Assembly: GCA_041695085.1 (NCBI GenBank)
Contig: JBGFRO010000020.1
Span: forward strand, 130,732-194,731
Origin: Bacteroidota bacterium
GTDB taxonomy: Bacteria > Bacteroidota > Ignavibacteria > UBA10030
Direction of reading: 5' to 3'
Length of the DNA stretch: 64,000 bases
The notes below the pieces were generated by a model that did not search any database, was not told where the DNA came from, and worked only from the letters and a program-made list of their open reading frames with translations. The number at the start of each line of letters is the position of its first letter. The first letter of the stretch is position 1. Shown here piece after piece: positions 38,648 through 48,002 of the stretch. Position numbers and translations under genes: made by a program.

Positions 38648-39169
38648 TCAAGATTTCGGATAACTGTTCTGAGCTTGCGTTACCGCATCACGCTCAAACC
38701 GCTGAAAATGGCAACCAGCCAGCAAGCCTTGGGGGGGAGCATACGCGCCGGTCAGCAATACCTCTTCGAGGTAATCGTAAATTGCGGTTACGTGTGCTGA
38801 GGTATTGATCGAGTGCAGCCAGATCGTATGCCCGTCGAACAAAATCAGCACGACGTTCGCCAGCTGGCACGGGCCGAGACAGCCGCTCACGGTCAAGTGA
38901 ACGCGAGAGCGCAGCTTGCGTTTGCGCCATTGCGCTTTGAACTCCTCCAGCGGCACGGGAGGGTTGCCCTTCTCAGTATTGCCGCAGCAGCAACCTTTGC
39001 AAACGAATAACTGTCCGTCGAGGAGACGGATGTTTTTCGTTGTGCCGTCGCTGTGTGTAACGTGTGTGAAACGGTCACACCGCGCTTGATCCAGAGCATC
39101 GTTGTAATTGTAGAACGTTCTGGAAAGAAAAGATTGATACGTCTCTCCACCTTTTGTTTTCTTGGTCAT
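38648..39169 (-). CDS. Cys-rich putative metal-binding protein (thioredoxin-like [2Fe-2S]/DUF1636-like)
   Basis: 173 aa with CKGCCCG and SGCLGPC clusters. Sits in the Zn cluster. Confidence 0.45.
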   Translation of the reverse strand: MTKKTKGGETYQSFLSRTFYNYNDALDQARCDRFTHVTHSDGTTKNIRLLDGQLFVCKGCCCGNTEKGNPPVPLEEFKAQWRKRKLRSRVHLTVSGCLGPCQLANVVLILFDGHTIWLHSINTSAHVTAIYDYLEEVLLTGAYAPPQGLLAGCHFQRFERDAVTQAQNSYPKS

Positions 39170-39229
39170 AAAAACACGAGCTGTTCCCGGTGTACTTGGA
39201 TTTTGGTCGTTCAGACAACAATCGCATAC

Positions 39230-41458
39230 CTATCGATGAAGAACCGAAAACGGTATGGTCATTTTCAGCGCAATGTTTCGTCCGGGATTGAGAGCATACT
39301 CCTTGTAGCGATTGAGATGGTCACGGTACGCTACATTGAAGAAGTTGTCGATGGTAAAATCGATCTGAGCTCTGCTTGATCCGAGTGCGATCTCACCACC
39401 GATGCCGACATCCACCAGCGTGTAGCCGTCGGTCGGAGTTTCAAATTCTTCCACACGATCCTGCGCAGCGACGGTTTTCAGATGCAGCGAGAGATAGGGG
39501 TTGAGAAGAGTGCCCAGTTCGCTGCCAACAACCTTGGCTCCCACTCTGAGCCGATTTGCTGGTATCATTGGTAGCGGCCTTTGCGTTTGGTCGTTCGTCC
39601 CTCGTACGACATCAAAGCCGCCGTTGAGAACGAGCCAACTCGTGACCTGTGCCTGAAGAGACAATTCGGTTCCGAGAAGGGTTGCATCGGCTTGTTTAAG
39701 CACGTACTTCTTGAAACCGGAAACATTGTCCACTTCGCCTGTCGGGCTCGCAAAGATGTATCCAGCAATTGCATTCCGGTAAAAGTTCAACTCAGCCTGC
39801 ACAATGTTCGTTACGTAGCGGGTTGCGATGTCGACGTTGAAGGAGCGTTCGTTGGCAAGATTTCTGTCACCGGTGACGTATTGGACAGTCCCTTCGTGTA
39901 CCCCATCGACGAAGAGTTCAAACGGAGTCGGCGCACGCCATGCCCTTCCCACGTTTACGGAGAAAGCGACGGGATCGGAAACTCGGTACACGAGACCGAT
40001 TGTACCCGTCAGAGCCGCATAGTTGCGGGTATGGGCTTCAACAGCAAGTTCTTCCGTCTCTTCCAGTTCCACACTACGGGTATCGAAGCGGAGGCCTCCC
40101 GAGAGGACCACGTTTCCGAAGCGGGCTTCTTCATAGAGATAGCCTGCAAAATTTAGCAGGCTGAAACCGGGAATGAGCTTCTCCTCAGCCAACGATTGAT
40201 TGGTCTGCGACATTAAAGAGATCCCCAGCGTTCCGAAGAGCGAGCCAATGGGAGCGTGATGGCCTTTGAGATCGAGTGAAGAGGTCTGCAGGCGGAGGTA
40301 GATGGCGGGAATCCGGGCCCCTTTCTCTTCAAATTCGCGACGCAGATTTCGCTGCCAACTCCCGTCTGCTTCGAGACGCACTCCCTCGAGTGGGAAGTCA
40401 GCGTGGAACTGAATCTTATCATGCTCGATTTTCTGATACGGGGTCGCCGTAGGGTCCTCTGCTGGATCTTCGTGTATCTGGAGCTCCTGATTGAAGCGTG
40501 CGTAACCGACGAACGCAGAGCCCCAGGTTCCCGCAAAGCCCGCTAAGGCACCTCCGTTCATTTCGTTGAAACCGCTGTTGAACAACTTTCCTTCGGGCGT
40601 TGAAATGTCGCCTGCGTTCCGCACGCTCAGGTTGCCGCGGTATCCGAAAGCACCGCTTGCACCACGCAAGGAAATGGCTCCGGCTGCGTGACGATTGTTG
40701 CTGAAGCCGTTCAGTGTAATCTCGCCGCCAAGAAGAGGTGAACCCTCAGCGACGGAGGGAAGGCCATGTCGGATAACGTGCACAACACCTCCCAAAGCAT
40801 CAGAGCCATACAGTACGCTGCTGGGACCTCGCAGCACTTCAATCCGATCAACATCGAAAGCATCGATCTCGGGAGCGTGTTCATCCCCCCATTGTTGGCC
40901 CTCCTGTCGCGTGCCATCGGCAACGACAAGAACCCGTTGAGAGGTAAGTCCTCGAATGACCGGTTTGTAGATTCCCATACCAGTCGTATACATCCAGACA
41001 CCGGCAGTATGCTCTAACGCCTGGACGACATTTTGGCCGCGCAAGCGCTTGAGTTCCCTTCCTTCCGTTACACTAATCGGTTGCGATGATGAAAGCGCGT
41101 CGGCTGGTCGGGGTTTCCCCGTTACTACAATGCCGGGAAGTTCGAGCACGGTTGGGCGCATCGTAACCTCAATTCGAACATCATCCGTCCCGACGACGAC
41201 GGTTCGGGTTTCTGTTTTGTATCCGACAATGGAAAACTGAAGGGTATAGACCCCCGCCGGAAGCGGGGAAATACTAAAGTGCCCTTGCTCATTGGTGACG
41301 GTTCCCCGGTGGAGGGCAGGAAGCGAAACATTCACAAGCCGAAGCGGCTGTTTGTTTTCATCGATGACAATACCAGAAAGACTTTGTGCAGAGGCTTGCT
41401 GAAGCACTCCGGATGCAGCAAAAACGATCAGCAAGAGGAAAATGATGAGCGTTCTCAT
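39230..41458 (-). CDS. TonB-dependent outer-membrane receptor with carboxypeptidase-regulatory-like N-domain
   Basis: Signal peptide, a CarbopepD_reg domain (GIVIDENKQPLRLVNV..GHFS), a plug domain (..DALGGVVHV..) and a barrel. Ends ..SVLHR, lacking the aromatic C-terminal residue typical of these receptors. Confidence 0.85.
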   Translation of the reverse strand: MRTLIIFLLLIVFAASGVLQQASAQSLSGIVIDENKQPLRLVNVSLPALHRGTVTNEQGHFSISPLPAGVYTLQFSIVGYKTETRTVVVGTDDVRIEVTMRPTVLELPGIVVTGKPRPADALSSSQPISVTEGRELKRLRGQNVVQALEHTAGVWMYTTGMGIYKPVIRGLTSQRVLVVADGTRQEGQQWGDEHAPEIDAFDVDRIEVLRGPSSVLYGSDALGGVVHVIRHGLPSVAEGSPLLGGEITLNGFSNNRHAAGAISLRGASGAFGYRGNLSVRNAGDISTPEGKLFNSGFNEMNGGALAGFAGTWGSAFVGYARFNQELQIHEDPAEDPTATPYQKIEHDKIQFHADFPLEGVRLEADGSWQRNLRREFEEKGARIPAIYLRLQTSSLDLKGHHAPIGSLFGTLGISLMSQTNQSLAEEKLIPGFSLLNFAGYLYEEARFGNVVLSGGLRFDTRSVELEETEELAVEAHTRNYAALTGTIGLVYRVSDPVAFSVNVGRAWRAPTPFELFVDGVHEGTVQYVTGDRNLANERSFNVDIATRYVTNIVQAELNFYRNAIAGYIFASPTGEVDNVSGFKKYVLKQADATLLGTELSLQAQVTSWLVLNGGFDVVRGTNDQTQRPLPMIPANRLRVGAKVVGSELGTLLNPYLSLHLKTVAAQDRVEEFETPTDGYTLVDVGIGGEIALGSSRAQIDFTIDNFFNVAYRDHLNRYKEYALNPGRNIALKMTIPFSVLHR

Positions 41459-41955
41459 TTCGGCAATCTCCTTTTATGGATAACAGGCGATGAGTCTAAC
41501 GCGCAGATCTGCAACGACCAAGCGCGTTGTATTAAAAATGCAGAGAGTACGAGATGAGAACAGGAGGTCCGCGTTTAAAGTGGAGCCGCTCGCGCTTGTG
41601 TGGAGGGTAGACGGTCGTATGAAGAATGTCCAACGGCTCACACTGGTGTTCACCCGAAACAAAGAGGGAAGGTAGCACGGAAACAAATTGGTAGAGCCGC
41701 TGGCAGAGAAAACAGTACGGCGACGCGGCAAGAGGTTTGTGTTGCTCCCCCGTATCAGTACCGGAAACGCGCGTTGTATTGACCGAGCCAGCGTGAAGAC
41801 AATTCAGATGGCCCCTCTCAAGAAGAGGAACCGTGCACACCTGCAGGATCGCTACAAGCAAGGCGATGATATCTTTTTTTCGTCGTATCATTGAGTGCTC
41901 ATCAATCGAAATCACAGCATGCTAGGCACCGAACACCCGTCCGTGCCGTCATCCA

Positions 41956-42588
41956 TCAGGAAGCACCCTGCGCGTTCTCGCTCCATTCGTGTTTACAAGC
42001 CGCTTCATCAGGCCAAATGAGAGCATCTCGAGATGAAACGACCTCCCGCAGCGTCGAGACGATCAGCCATACAGCGACAATTGCCGCCAATATGGGATCG
42101 AAGATGGGATTTCCCACCGCGACCACCAAGAGACCCGAGAGGATCGGCGTAAGCGACATAAAGACATCCCCGACATTATGGAGATAGGCGAGACGAATGG
42201 CGGCGTTCTGCTCTCGAACTTTCCAGAGGAACCGTGCTACGGCGGCGTTTGCCAGAGCCGCGAGCATACCGACAACAATGACGAGAATCTCCGAAATCGG
42301 AACAGGGTTTATGATGCGTTGAATTGCTCTGTAGAGAAAAAAGAGACTGAGTGAGACCAAGCCTGCCGAATTCAGTACATTCGCTGTGCGCTGCAGGTTC
42401 TTCGACATCCTGAGGGGCAGAACATACACGAGATAAAGACAAACAAGCGCCATCTCATCCGAGAAGTTATGGACGGCATCCATCAAGAGCGCAAGACTTT
42501 CCGCCTGAAAGCCGGCAATTCCCTCACCAACAAAAATGAGCGTGTTGATGCCGGCGGCCAATGCCAAGGGTTTTCTCACGTGTGCCAT
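41956..42588 (-). CDS. cation diffusion facilitator family transporter, short form (TM domain only)
   Basis: 210 aa with CDF TM-domain motifs (HNFSDEMALV, HNVGDVFMSL). Confidence 0.75.
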   Translation of the reverse strand: MAHVRKPLALAAGINTLIFVGEGIAGFQAESLALLMDAVHNFSDEMALVCLYLVYVLPLRMSKNLQRTANVLNSAGLVSLSLFFLYRAIQRIINPVPISEILVIVVGMLAALANAAVARFLWKVREQNAAIRLAYLHNVGDVFMSLTPILSGLLVVAVGNPIFDPILAAIVAVWLIVSTLREVVSSRDALIWPDEAACKHEWSENAQGAS

Positions 42589-42625
42589 TGAATTGTCAGA
42601 ATAGGATTTGTTTCCGGAGCATCTT

Positions 42626-42651
42626 GTAGGTCGAGCTTAAGCTCGACCTAC
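42626..42651. repeat. perfect palindrome GTAGGTCGAGCTT AAGCTCGACCTAC (8 nt after DUF5916 stop)
   Basis: 13+13 exact inverted repeat sharing the GTAGGTCG head with 28227 and 31099. Confidence 0.8.
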
Positions 42652-42659
42652 GTTTCGTT

Positions 42660-44915
42660 TTACATCTGCATCAGATAACTCACCTTCAGAATAACCTGCT
42701 GCTGATCCACGAACGACGAAACCGGCGTTCGCTTTGCAAGCCGCGAATCATTAATCACAAGATAGACGAACGAAAGAGGGGCAAACTCATACGACAATCG
42801 CGCGTTCAAAGCAGCGATCTTCGAAACCGTATTGTATTGCGCAAGCGTATGGAACTGGAGCTGCGGGTTCAGGGCAAATCGCACCGAAGCCCCGACCAGA
42901 TGCGTTTCCGTATTCGCATTGTTGATGCCGAGTCCGCTGTATTGTTGGCCGGTATAGTCCAAGGTGAGGTTCCAGTGCGGACCGGGAATCGGACTTGCGC
43001 GGAAGACGATGTAGGCATTCCGTGCGTTGTAGAACTTTCCAACGCCAAGCGTTACGAACGCCCAGTATGGTTTCGAGACATCGGGTTCGTATGTCACTGC
43101 ATATCGTTCGAACCGATAATACCCTCGCGCCAGCCGAATACCCGGCAGTACTTCAAACTCCGATCGCAGGTTTTGCCAGTCCGGTCGGATCGTAAATGTG
43201 AGAGCCGATCCGTTTTCGAAATCGATGTTGACGGGGCGGATGGTGACCCATCCTTCTTGAAACTCCGAAAAGTCCGCGCTGTGGTACAGAAACACCGTGA
43301 AGCCGGGCCGAAATGCCCGCACGCCCCTCGGCTTCCACGCCGGACGCCAATCGAGTGTAATAGCGGGACTGGTAATCATCAAGTTTTTTCTCGACACAAA
43401 TCCTGTGGCGGGATGGTAATTCTTCGAAATGAACACCTGATAATGGCCGAAGTATCCAGCGTTGGAGGTGTGCCACGGATAGAACAGTGCGGCAACACCA
43501 TCGCCTGCGGCACCGCGCGTCGTTGAGCCGGAAACCATCGTCCGGAGATGTGTCGTCTGCCCGAAGCGGAGATAGCTGTCGACAACACCGACATGATTGA
43601 CAACATCCGTACCATCATCAACTCTGCTGACGAGCATCGCGCCGATCCGGTCGTTTGCGCCGAAGTGATGAACATATCTCCCCACACCAAATGTGCTTGA
43701 GCCAGCGGGGGTGCGCTGACGCATCAACAGTCCCCCGAAATGATGTTGATCCACCCGACCGGTCAATCGTACGCCGCCATCAATCGGAATCGGTTGTCCC
43801 GCTGCGTCCAAGCCGATGCGCCGGCTGAAGAACGGCTCAATTTGCCCGCTGATGCCGGTAGAAAACAGACCTGCATTCTCCAGAAAAAAGGGCCTGCGCT
43901 CCGGGAAGAATACCGAGAAGCGCGTTACGTTGATCACCTGACGGTCAACCTCCGCCTGCGCAAAGTCGGTATTGAGCGTCGCATCGAAGACCATGCTCGG
44001 CGTAACCGCCCACTTTGCGTCGAGTCCCGCCTGCGTTGTTACCACCGAGGCATTTCCTAATCGATTGCGCTTGGTAACAAGAAACGGCTGTGCGCGAAGA
44101 TTCAACGCTGCTGCCGGCGGCTGGATGCCGTGCAGATATCCCATATACTCGGTGCGGTACGGAGTGAAGGCACGAGGCCACGGAGACCAGCCGGTCATTT
44201 CGTTCAAACGCCGTATGCGGCGGTGGAAGTTGATCCGCCACGGGTCTGACCCTGTTGAGGCAATTTGTCCGGAGTGAGCAAGCAGGCGTTGATCGTTCGG
44301 GTAGCGGAGGGTCGTCCAGGGAATTCGGATTTCCGCTGTCCAGCCGGAATCGCTCAGTGCCGTTCGGACTTCCCATACTCCATCCCATTCTACATCCAGG
44401 AACTGTCCGTTGAAGACGAGCTGGTCTCGCTGTGTACCGTACGGCGATGTTTGAAAAGCAAAAGCCACTTTCCCATCGCCGAAGGGATCGAGAACAACGC
44501 CGAAAAGGTCTGTGTTGTTGAAATCGAAATCGCGCATCATTGTCGGTACCCGAATTCCCGCCGGCCCGAGTGAATCCCGACACAGGGCCGCGATATAGAT
44601 AGAGCTCTCATCGAACAGAATTTTGACCTCGGTGTCGAAGGATGCGGGCGTGCCTTCGTCCGGATCAATGCGGATAAAGTCGCGGAAAACCCGACCATCG
44701 CTCCAGTCATACTCGTCTAACTTTCCGTCAAGAACGACCGGCGCGGAGATGAACCGAGCTTCAGCGGCGGGGGGATCCGCTTTGAGCGAAAAACTTGATA
44801 CTATGAAAAGTCCGAGACAAACCAAACGCAAGACATACCGACCGTGTGGTAGAAACCAAACCATCGGTGCAATCCTCCTCTCGCAAACAACACGAACCGA
44901 GCGATGCAGGAGCAT
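42660..44915 (-). CDS. DUF5916/CBM9-like domain outer-membrane protein, paralog 3
   Basis: 751 aa with signal peptide, a CBM9-like N-domain, the FSVFFPERRPFFLENAGLF block and a beta-rich C-terminus. Confidence 0.7.
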   Translation of the reverse strand: MLLHRSVRVVCERRIAPMVWFLPHGRYVLRLVCLGLFIVSSFSLKADPPAAEARFISAPVVLDGKLDEYDWSDGRVFRDFIRIDPDEGTPASFDTEVKILFDESSIYIAALCRDSLGPAGIRVPTMMRDFDFNNTDLFGVVLDPFGDGKVAFAFQTSPYGTQRDQLVFNGQFLDVEWDGVWEVRTALSDSGWTAEIRIPWTTLRYPNDQRLLAHSGQIASTGSDPWRINFHRRIRRLNEMTGWSPWPRAFTPYRTEYMGYLHGIQPPAAALNLRAQPFLVTKRNRLGNASVVTTQAGLDAKWAVTPSMVFDATLNTDFAQAEVDRQVINVTRFSVFFPERRPFFLENAGLFSTGISGQIEPFFSRRIGLDAAGQPIPIDGGVRLTGRVDQHHFGGLLMRQRTPAGSSTFGVGRYVHHFGANDRIGAMLVSRVDDGTDVVNHVGVVDSYLRFGQTTHLRTMVSGSTTRGAAGDGVAALFYPWHTSNAGYFGHYQVFISKNYHPATGFVSRKNLMITSPAITLDWRPAWKPRGVRAFRPGFTVFLYHSADFSEFQEGWVTIRPVNIDFENGSALTFTIRPDWQNLRSEFEVLPGIRLARGYYRFERYAVTYEPDVSKPYWAFVTLGVGKFYNARNAYIVFRASPIPGPHWNLTLDYTGQQYSGLGINNANTETHLVGASVRFALNPQLQFHTLAQYNTVSKIAALNARLSYEFAPLSFVYLVINDSRLAKRTPVSSFVDQQQVILKVSYLMQM

Positions 44916-45475
44916 CGCATAAGGCTTGTGCTTTAGTCACAATTGGAAATAGCTACGCGCTCCCGATGAACAGGATGGCGCAAAATTCAACAAGAGCGAG
45001 AAGATTTATGCAGCGGGTGGAGCGCGGGGAACAGCAACAGAAAAGGGATACGGCTTGAGAGCAAAAACTTGTGGCTCAACGTGGGTAAACGCGACACTTG
45101 TAAAAGGTGTAGGAGTTGACGGAGCGAACCAATGCGCCGTAAGGAAATTACATGCATGGCAGAGGTCGGAGTGATGAAGGCGGGGTGAGCTATCATCCTG
45201 AGAGGATGCAAAAGCAACGCACGTGATGGGATGGTAATCTCCCTCGCTATGCAGCCATCCTACCGCTACAACGACAGGCAGGTAGTACAGCAGCAAGGTC
45301 AGCGCAACGATATGATGAAATCGCTTGTTCAAGGTAGAAGAAGAATAATGAAATCGGAGGTCAGATGCAACCAACAGATAAGGGACGTTGAAGAGTTCCC
45401 AGATTTGTAAGCAGACTCTCGCGTGACCATACTTTCCAGTTGATCTAACATCTCGTATATTGGTGACGAATCGCG

Positions 45476-45928
45476 ATGCTTTCTACGCTGACCATACCGT
45501 GGACTCTTCTCCGTGTGAGCGTTCTCGCTTCCTATTTCATCGGCATGTTCTTTGGGAGCGGCTTACACGTCCATTCTGCATTGAGCCACGAGCACAACGC
45601 TGAAGGTTTCCACAGGCACTCACTGGTAGTCCACGTTCACATCACGGCACTGATGCGATCTGCGGATTCCCACAGCGAGAATATATTTTCGTCAGATAGT
45701 GAACATGGACATCAGGTTCCTCAAGTTCAGTTGATTGCGATTCGTGCACCACATTCGAAACTCTCCAAGTCGGTTCAGCAGAACACTTTTTCCTCTTTTG
45801 ATATACCATCCGCTCCATCCTTCAGTCTCCCACGTATTCTTCTCTTTGTATTTGCACAGGAGACTTCGCCACCGCTTCATTCACTGACAGTACTTGCACG
45901 CTTCGGTCGTTCCCCGCCCGTGGTCTGA
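45476..45928 (+). CDS. hypothetical His-rich small membrane protein upstream of czc operon
   Basis: 150 aa with an N-terminal TM and His-rich segments (HVHSALSHEHNAEGFHRHSLVVHVH). No family assignment. Confidence 0.3.
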   Translation: MLSTLTIPWTLLRVSVLASYFIGMFFGSGLHVHSALSHEHNAEGFHRHSLVVHVHITALMRSADSHSENIFSSDSEHGHQVPQVQLIAIRAPHSKLSKSVQQNTFSSFDIPSAPSFSLPRILLFVFAQETSPPLHSLTVLARFGRSPPVV

Positions 45929-46037
45929 AGCCTTTCGGTGGGCATACGCCCGCCTTGCACATACCCATCTCTCTACCTTCACTCCTCATTCTCTGAAGCT
46001 GGGGTGATCTATCATCTTTGTTCTTTACGCAAAGAAG

Positions 46038-47588
46038 TTGTTCCAACAGAATAGGAATTGTCCTATGGAAAGATTTCTTCACCTAATTGCTTTCATCACC
46101 GCACTCCTCATTAGCTGCGGTCCAGGAGGCGATGAAAATCAAGCCGAACTTCCGGGTGGATCAGTGACGCTGTGGACGTCAACGTCGGAACTTTTTATGG
46201 AATATCCCGCTCTCGTCGTCGGACAAGAAGCACGCTTCGCCATCCACCTTACTTGGCTTTCGGACTTCAAGCCCGTTACGGAGGGGCGGCTGGATTTGGA
46301 GTTTACGTCGAGCGATGGGACCCGGAAGAAGACCTCAGCAGACAAACCGACATCGCCCGGCATCTTTCGGCCGACCATTACCTTCGACAAGGCCGGGACA
46401 TACCGGATGACCTTAACCATAGACGGAAGATCGCGCGACATCCTCCACGTTGACGGAATACGCGTGTTTGCGTCTGCCGGCGAGATACCACCCGAAACGG
46501 AAAGCCCACAGGCAGAACAGCTGATCACATTTCTCAAAGAACAACAGTGGAAGATTGATTTCCGAACTGAACCCGCCGTCCGAAGACGAATAAGCGGTAC
46601 TGTTCGAGCCTCCTGTGAGCTCATCCCCAAGCTTTCTACCGAAGCAATCGTCTCTGCGCCGTTCTCCGGAGTGATTCCAGCCGAAGAGAATGCAGTTCTT
46701 CCCGTCATTGGGCAATCGGTGAGCAAGGGTTCACAACTTGCGCTGATGGTTCCTTCTGCTGAAACACCGAGCGGTCTCGAAAACTTCGCCTCCCGATTCA
46801 TCCAGGCAGAAACCGAACGTGCACTTGCCGCGAAGGAATTTGAGCGAGCAAAGCAGCTTCGCGCTATCGACGGCATTTCGGAGAAAGAATATCACGAGGC
46901 TGAGATCGGTTTCAAACAGGCGGACGCCACCTACCGGCTGTTGAGCAAGTTCATCCAATCCAAGGAGAGCGGTGAATCTCCGGACGCATTTATCCTCACG
47001 GCGCCCATTTCGGGAACGATCATCGAAACGAATGTTGTCCCAGGCAGGCAAGTCAATGCCGGCGAGCCGCTCTACCGGATCATTGATGCACGGTCGGTGT
47101 GGGTCCGTGCAAACGTCGCGGCGGAAAACATTGGCACGTTGACCCGGCCCCGCCGCGCATGGCTTCAGTTAGCTGGGTTGACAAATACCGTTGAGGTCAA
47201 TGAGCGCAACGGCAAGCTCGTCTCGATTGCAAAGGCGATTGATCCACGAACACGGTCCTTCCCCGTCATCTTTGAGACACAGAACCCAAGCGGAAGCCTT
47301 CGAATCGGCATGTACGGAGAAATCCTCATAGCGACGGGAGAAGAAAAGGAAGCGCTTGTCATTCCCGAATCCGCTCTGATCGAAGAGGAGGGCCGTTACA
47401 GTGTCTATGTTCATATCGAAGGTGAGGCCTTTGTGAAGCGGGACGTGACGCTGGGTGAGCGCAACGGAGACTTGGTCGAGATCCGAAGCGGTATCTCCGA
47501 AGGCGAGCGGGTTGTCACCGTCGGTGCATATCAGGTGCGACTCGCGTCACGATCGTCGCAGGTGCCTGCTCACGGACACGAGCACTAG
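46038..47588 (+). CDS. czcB-like: efflux RND periplasmic adaptor (membrane fusion protein, CzcB/CusB-like) with extra N-terminal domain
   Basis: Lipoprotein signal (..LISCGPG). About 130-aa N-terminal Ig-like extra domain, then HlyD/MFP barrel-sandwich and beta-barrel motifs. Ends His-rich (PAHGHEH). Confidence 0.8.
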   Translation: MFQQNRNCPMERFLHLIAFITALLISCGPGGDENQAELPGGSVTLWTSTSELFMEYPALVVGQEARFAIHLTWLSDFKPVTEGRLDLEFTSSDGTRKKTSADKPTSPGIFRPTITFDKAGTYRMTLTIDGRSRDILHVDGIRVFASAGEIPPETESPQAEQLITFLKEQQWKIDFRTEPAVRRRISGTVRASCELIPKLSTEAIVSAPFSGVIPAEENAVLPVIGQSVSKGSQLALMVPSAETPSGLENFASRFIQAETERALAAKEFERAKQLRAIDGISEKEYHEAEIGFKQADATYRLLSKFIQSKESGESPDAFILTAPISGTIIETNVVPGRQVNAGEPLYRIIDARSVWVRANVAAENIGTLTRPRRAWLQLAGLTNTVEVNERNGKLVSIAKAIDPRTRSFPVIFETQNPSGSLRIGMYGEILIATGEEKEALVIPESALIEEEGRYSVYVHIEGEAFVKRDVTLGERNGDLVEIRSGISEGERVVTVGAYQVRLASRSSQVPAHGHEH

Positions 47589-47643
47589 CAAAGCTTCGCC
47601 TTAAACCGACGAGCGAAGATTGCTTGAGTACCAAGAGCTATAT

Positions 47644-47681
47644 GCCCCTTTTCTTTTTGCTCGTCCAAAAAGAAAAGGGGC
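47644..47681 (+). terminator. strong perfect hairpin (16-bp stem, 6-nt loop) 55 nt after the MFP stop, inside the czcB-czcA gap
   Basis: gccccttttctttttg ctcgtc caaaaagaaaaggggc. Confidence 0.5.
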
Positions 47682-47698
47682 GAAAAAGTAAAAGGACG

Positions 47699-47844
47699 CC
47701 GAAATCGCAACGCACGGGATAGCCACCAACGCACCTGCCATAATTTCGGTGCCTCAGGAGTTGTCGCTTCGACATCGAGTATGCACCTGCACCGAAATTA
47801 AACGCACGAAAAATGTCGCCTCCGCACACCGCCAGCGATTTCGG
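47699..47844. repeat. tandem pair of CCGAAAT..ATTTCGG hairpin units, locus B (between czcB and czcA)
   Basis: Unit 1 is CCGAAATCGcAACGCACGggatag...aATTTCGG. Unit 2 is CCGAAATTAaACGCACG...GATTTCGG. Homologous to 24421-24570. Confidence 0.6.
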
Positions 47845-48002
47845 TTGCCTACGCACTACCTGAGGTGAAGCACAATCATGTATTCGAACGGTGACTAAAA
47901 CCATCGCTATTCTCTCACAACTACTTACGGGAAAAACTTGTCATCCCACCATGAGGGGATCGTCATTTTACCTGATGGAGTTTTCCTTGAGGAGAAATTG
48001 AA

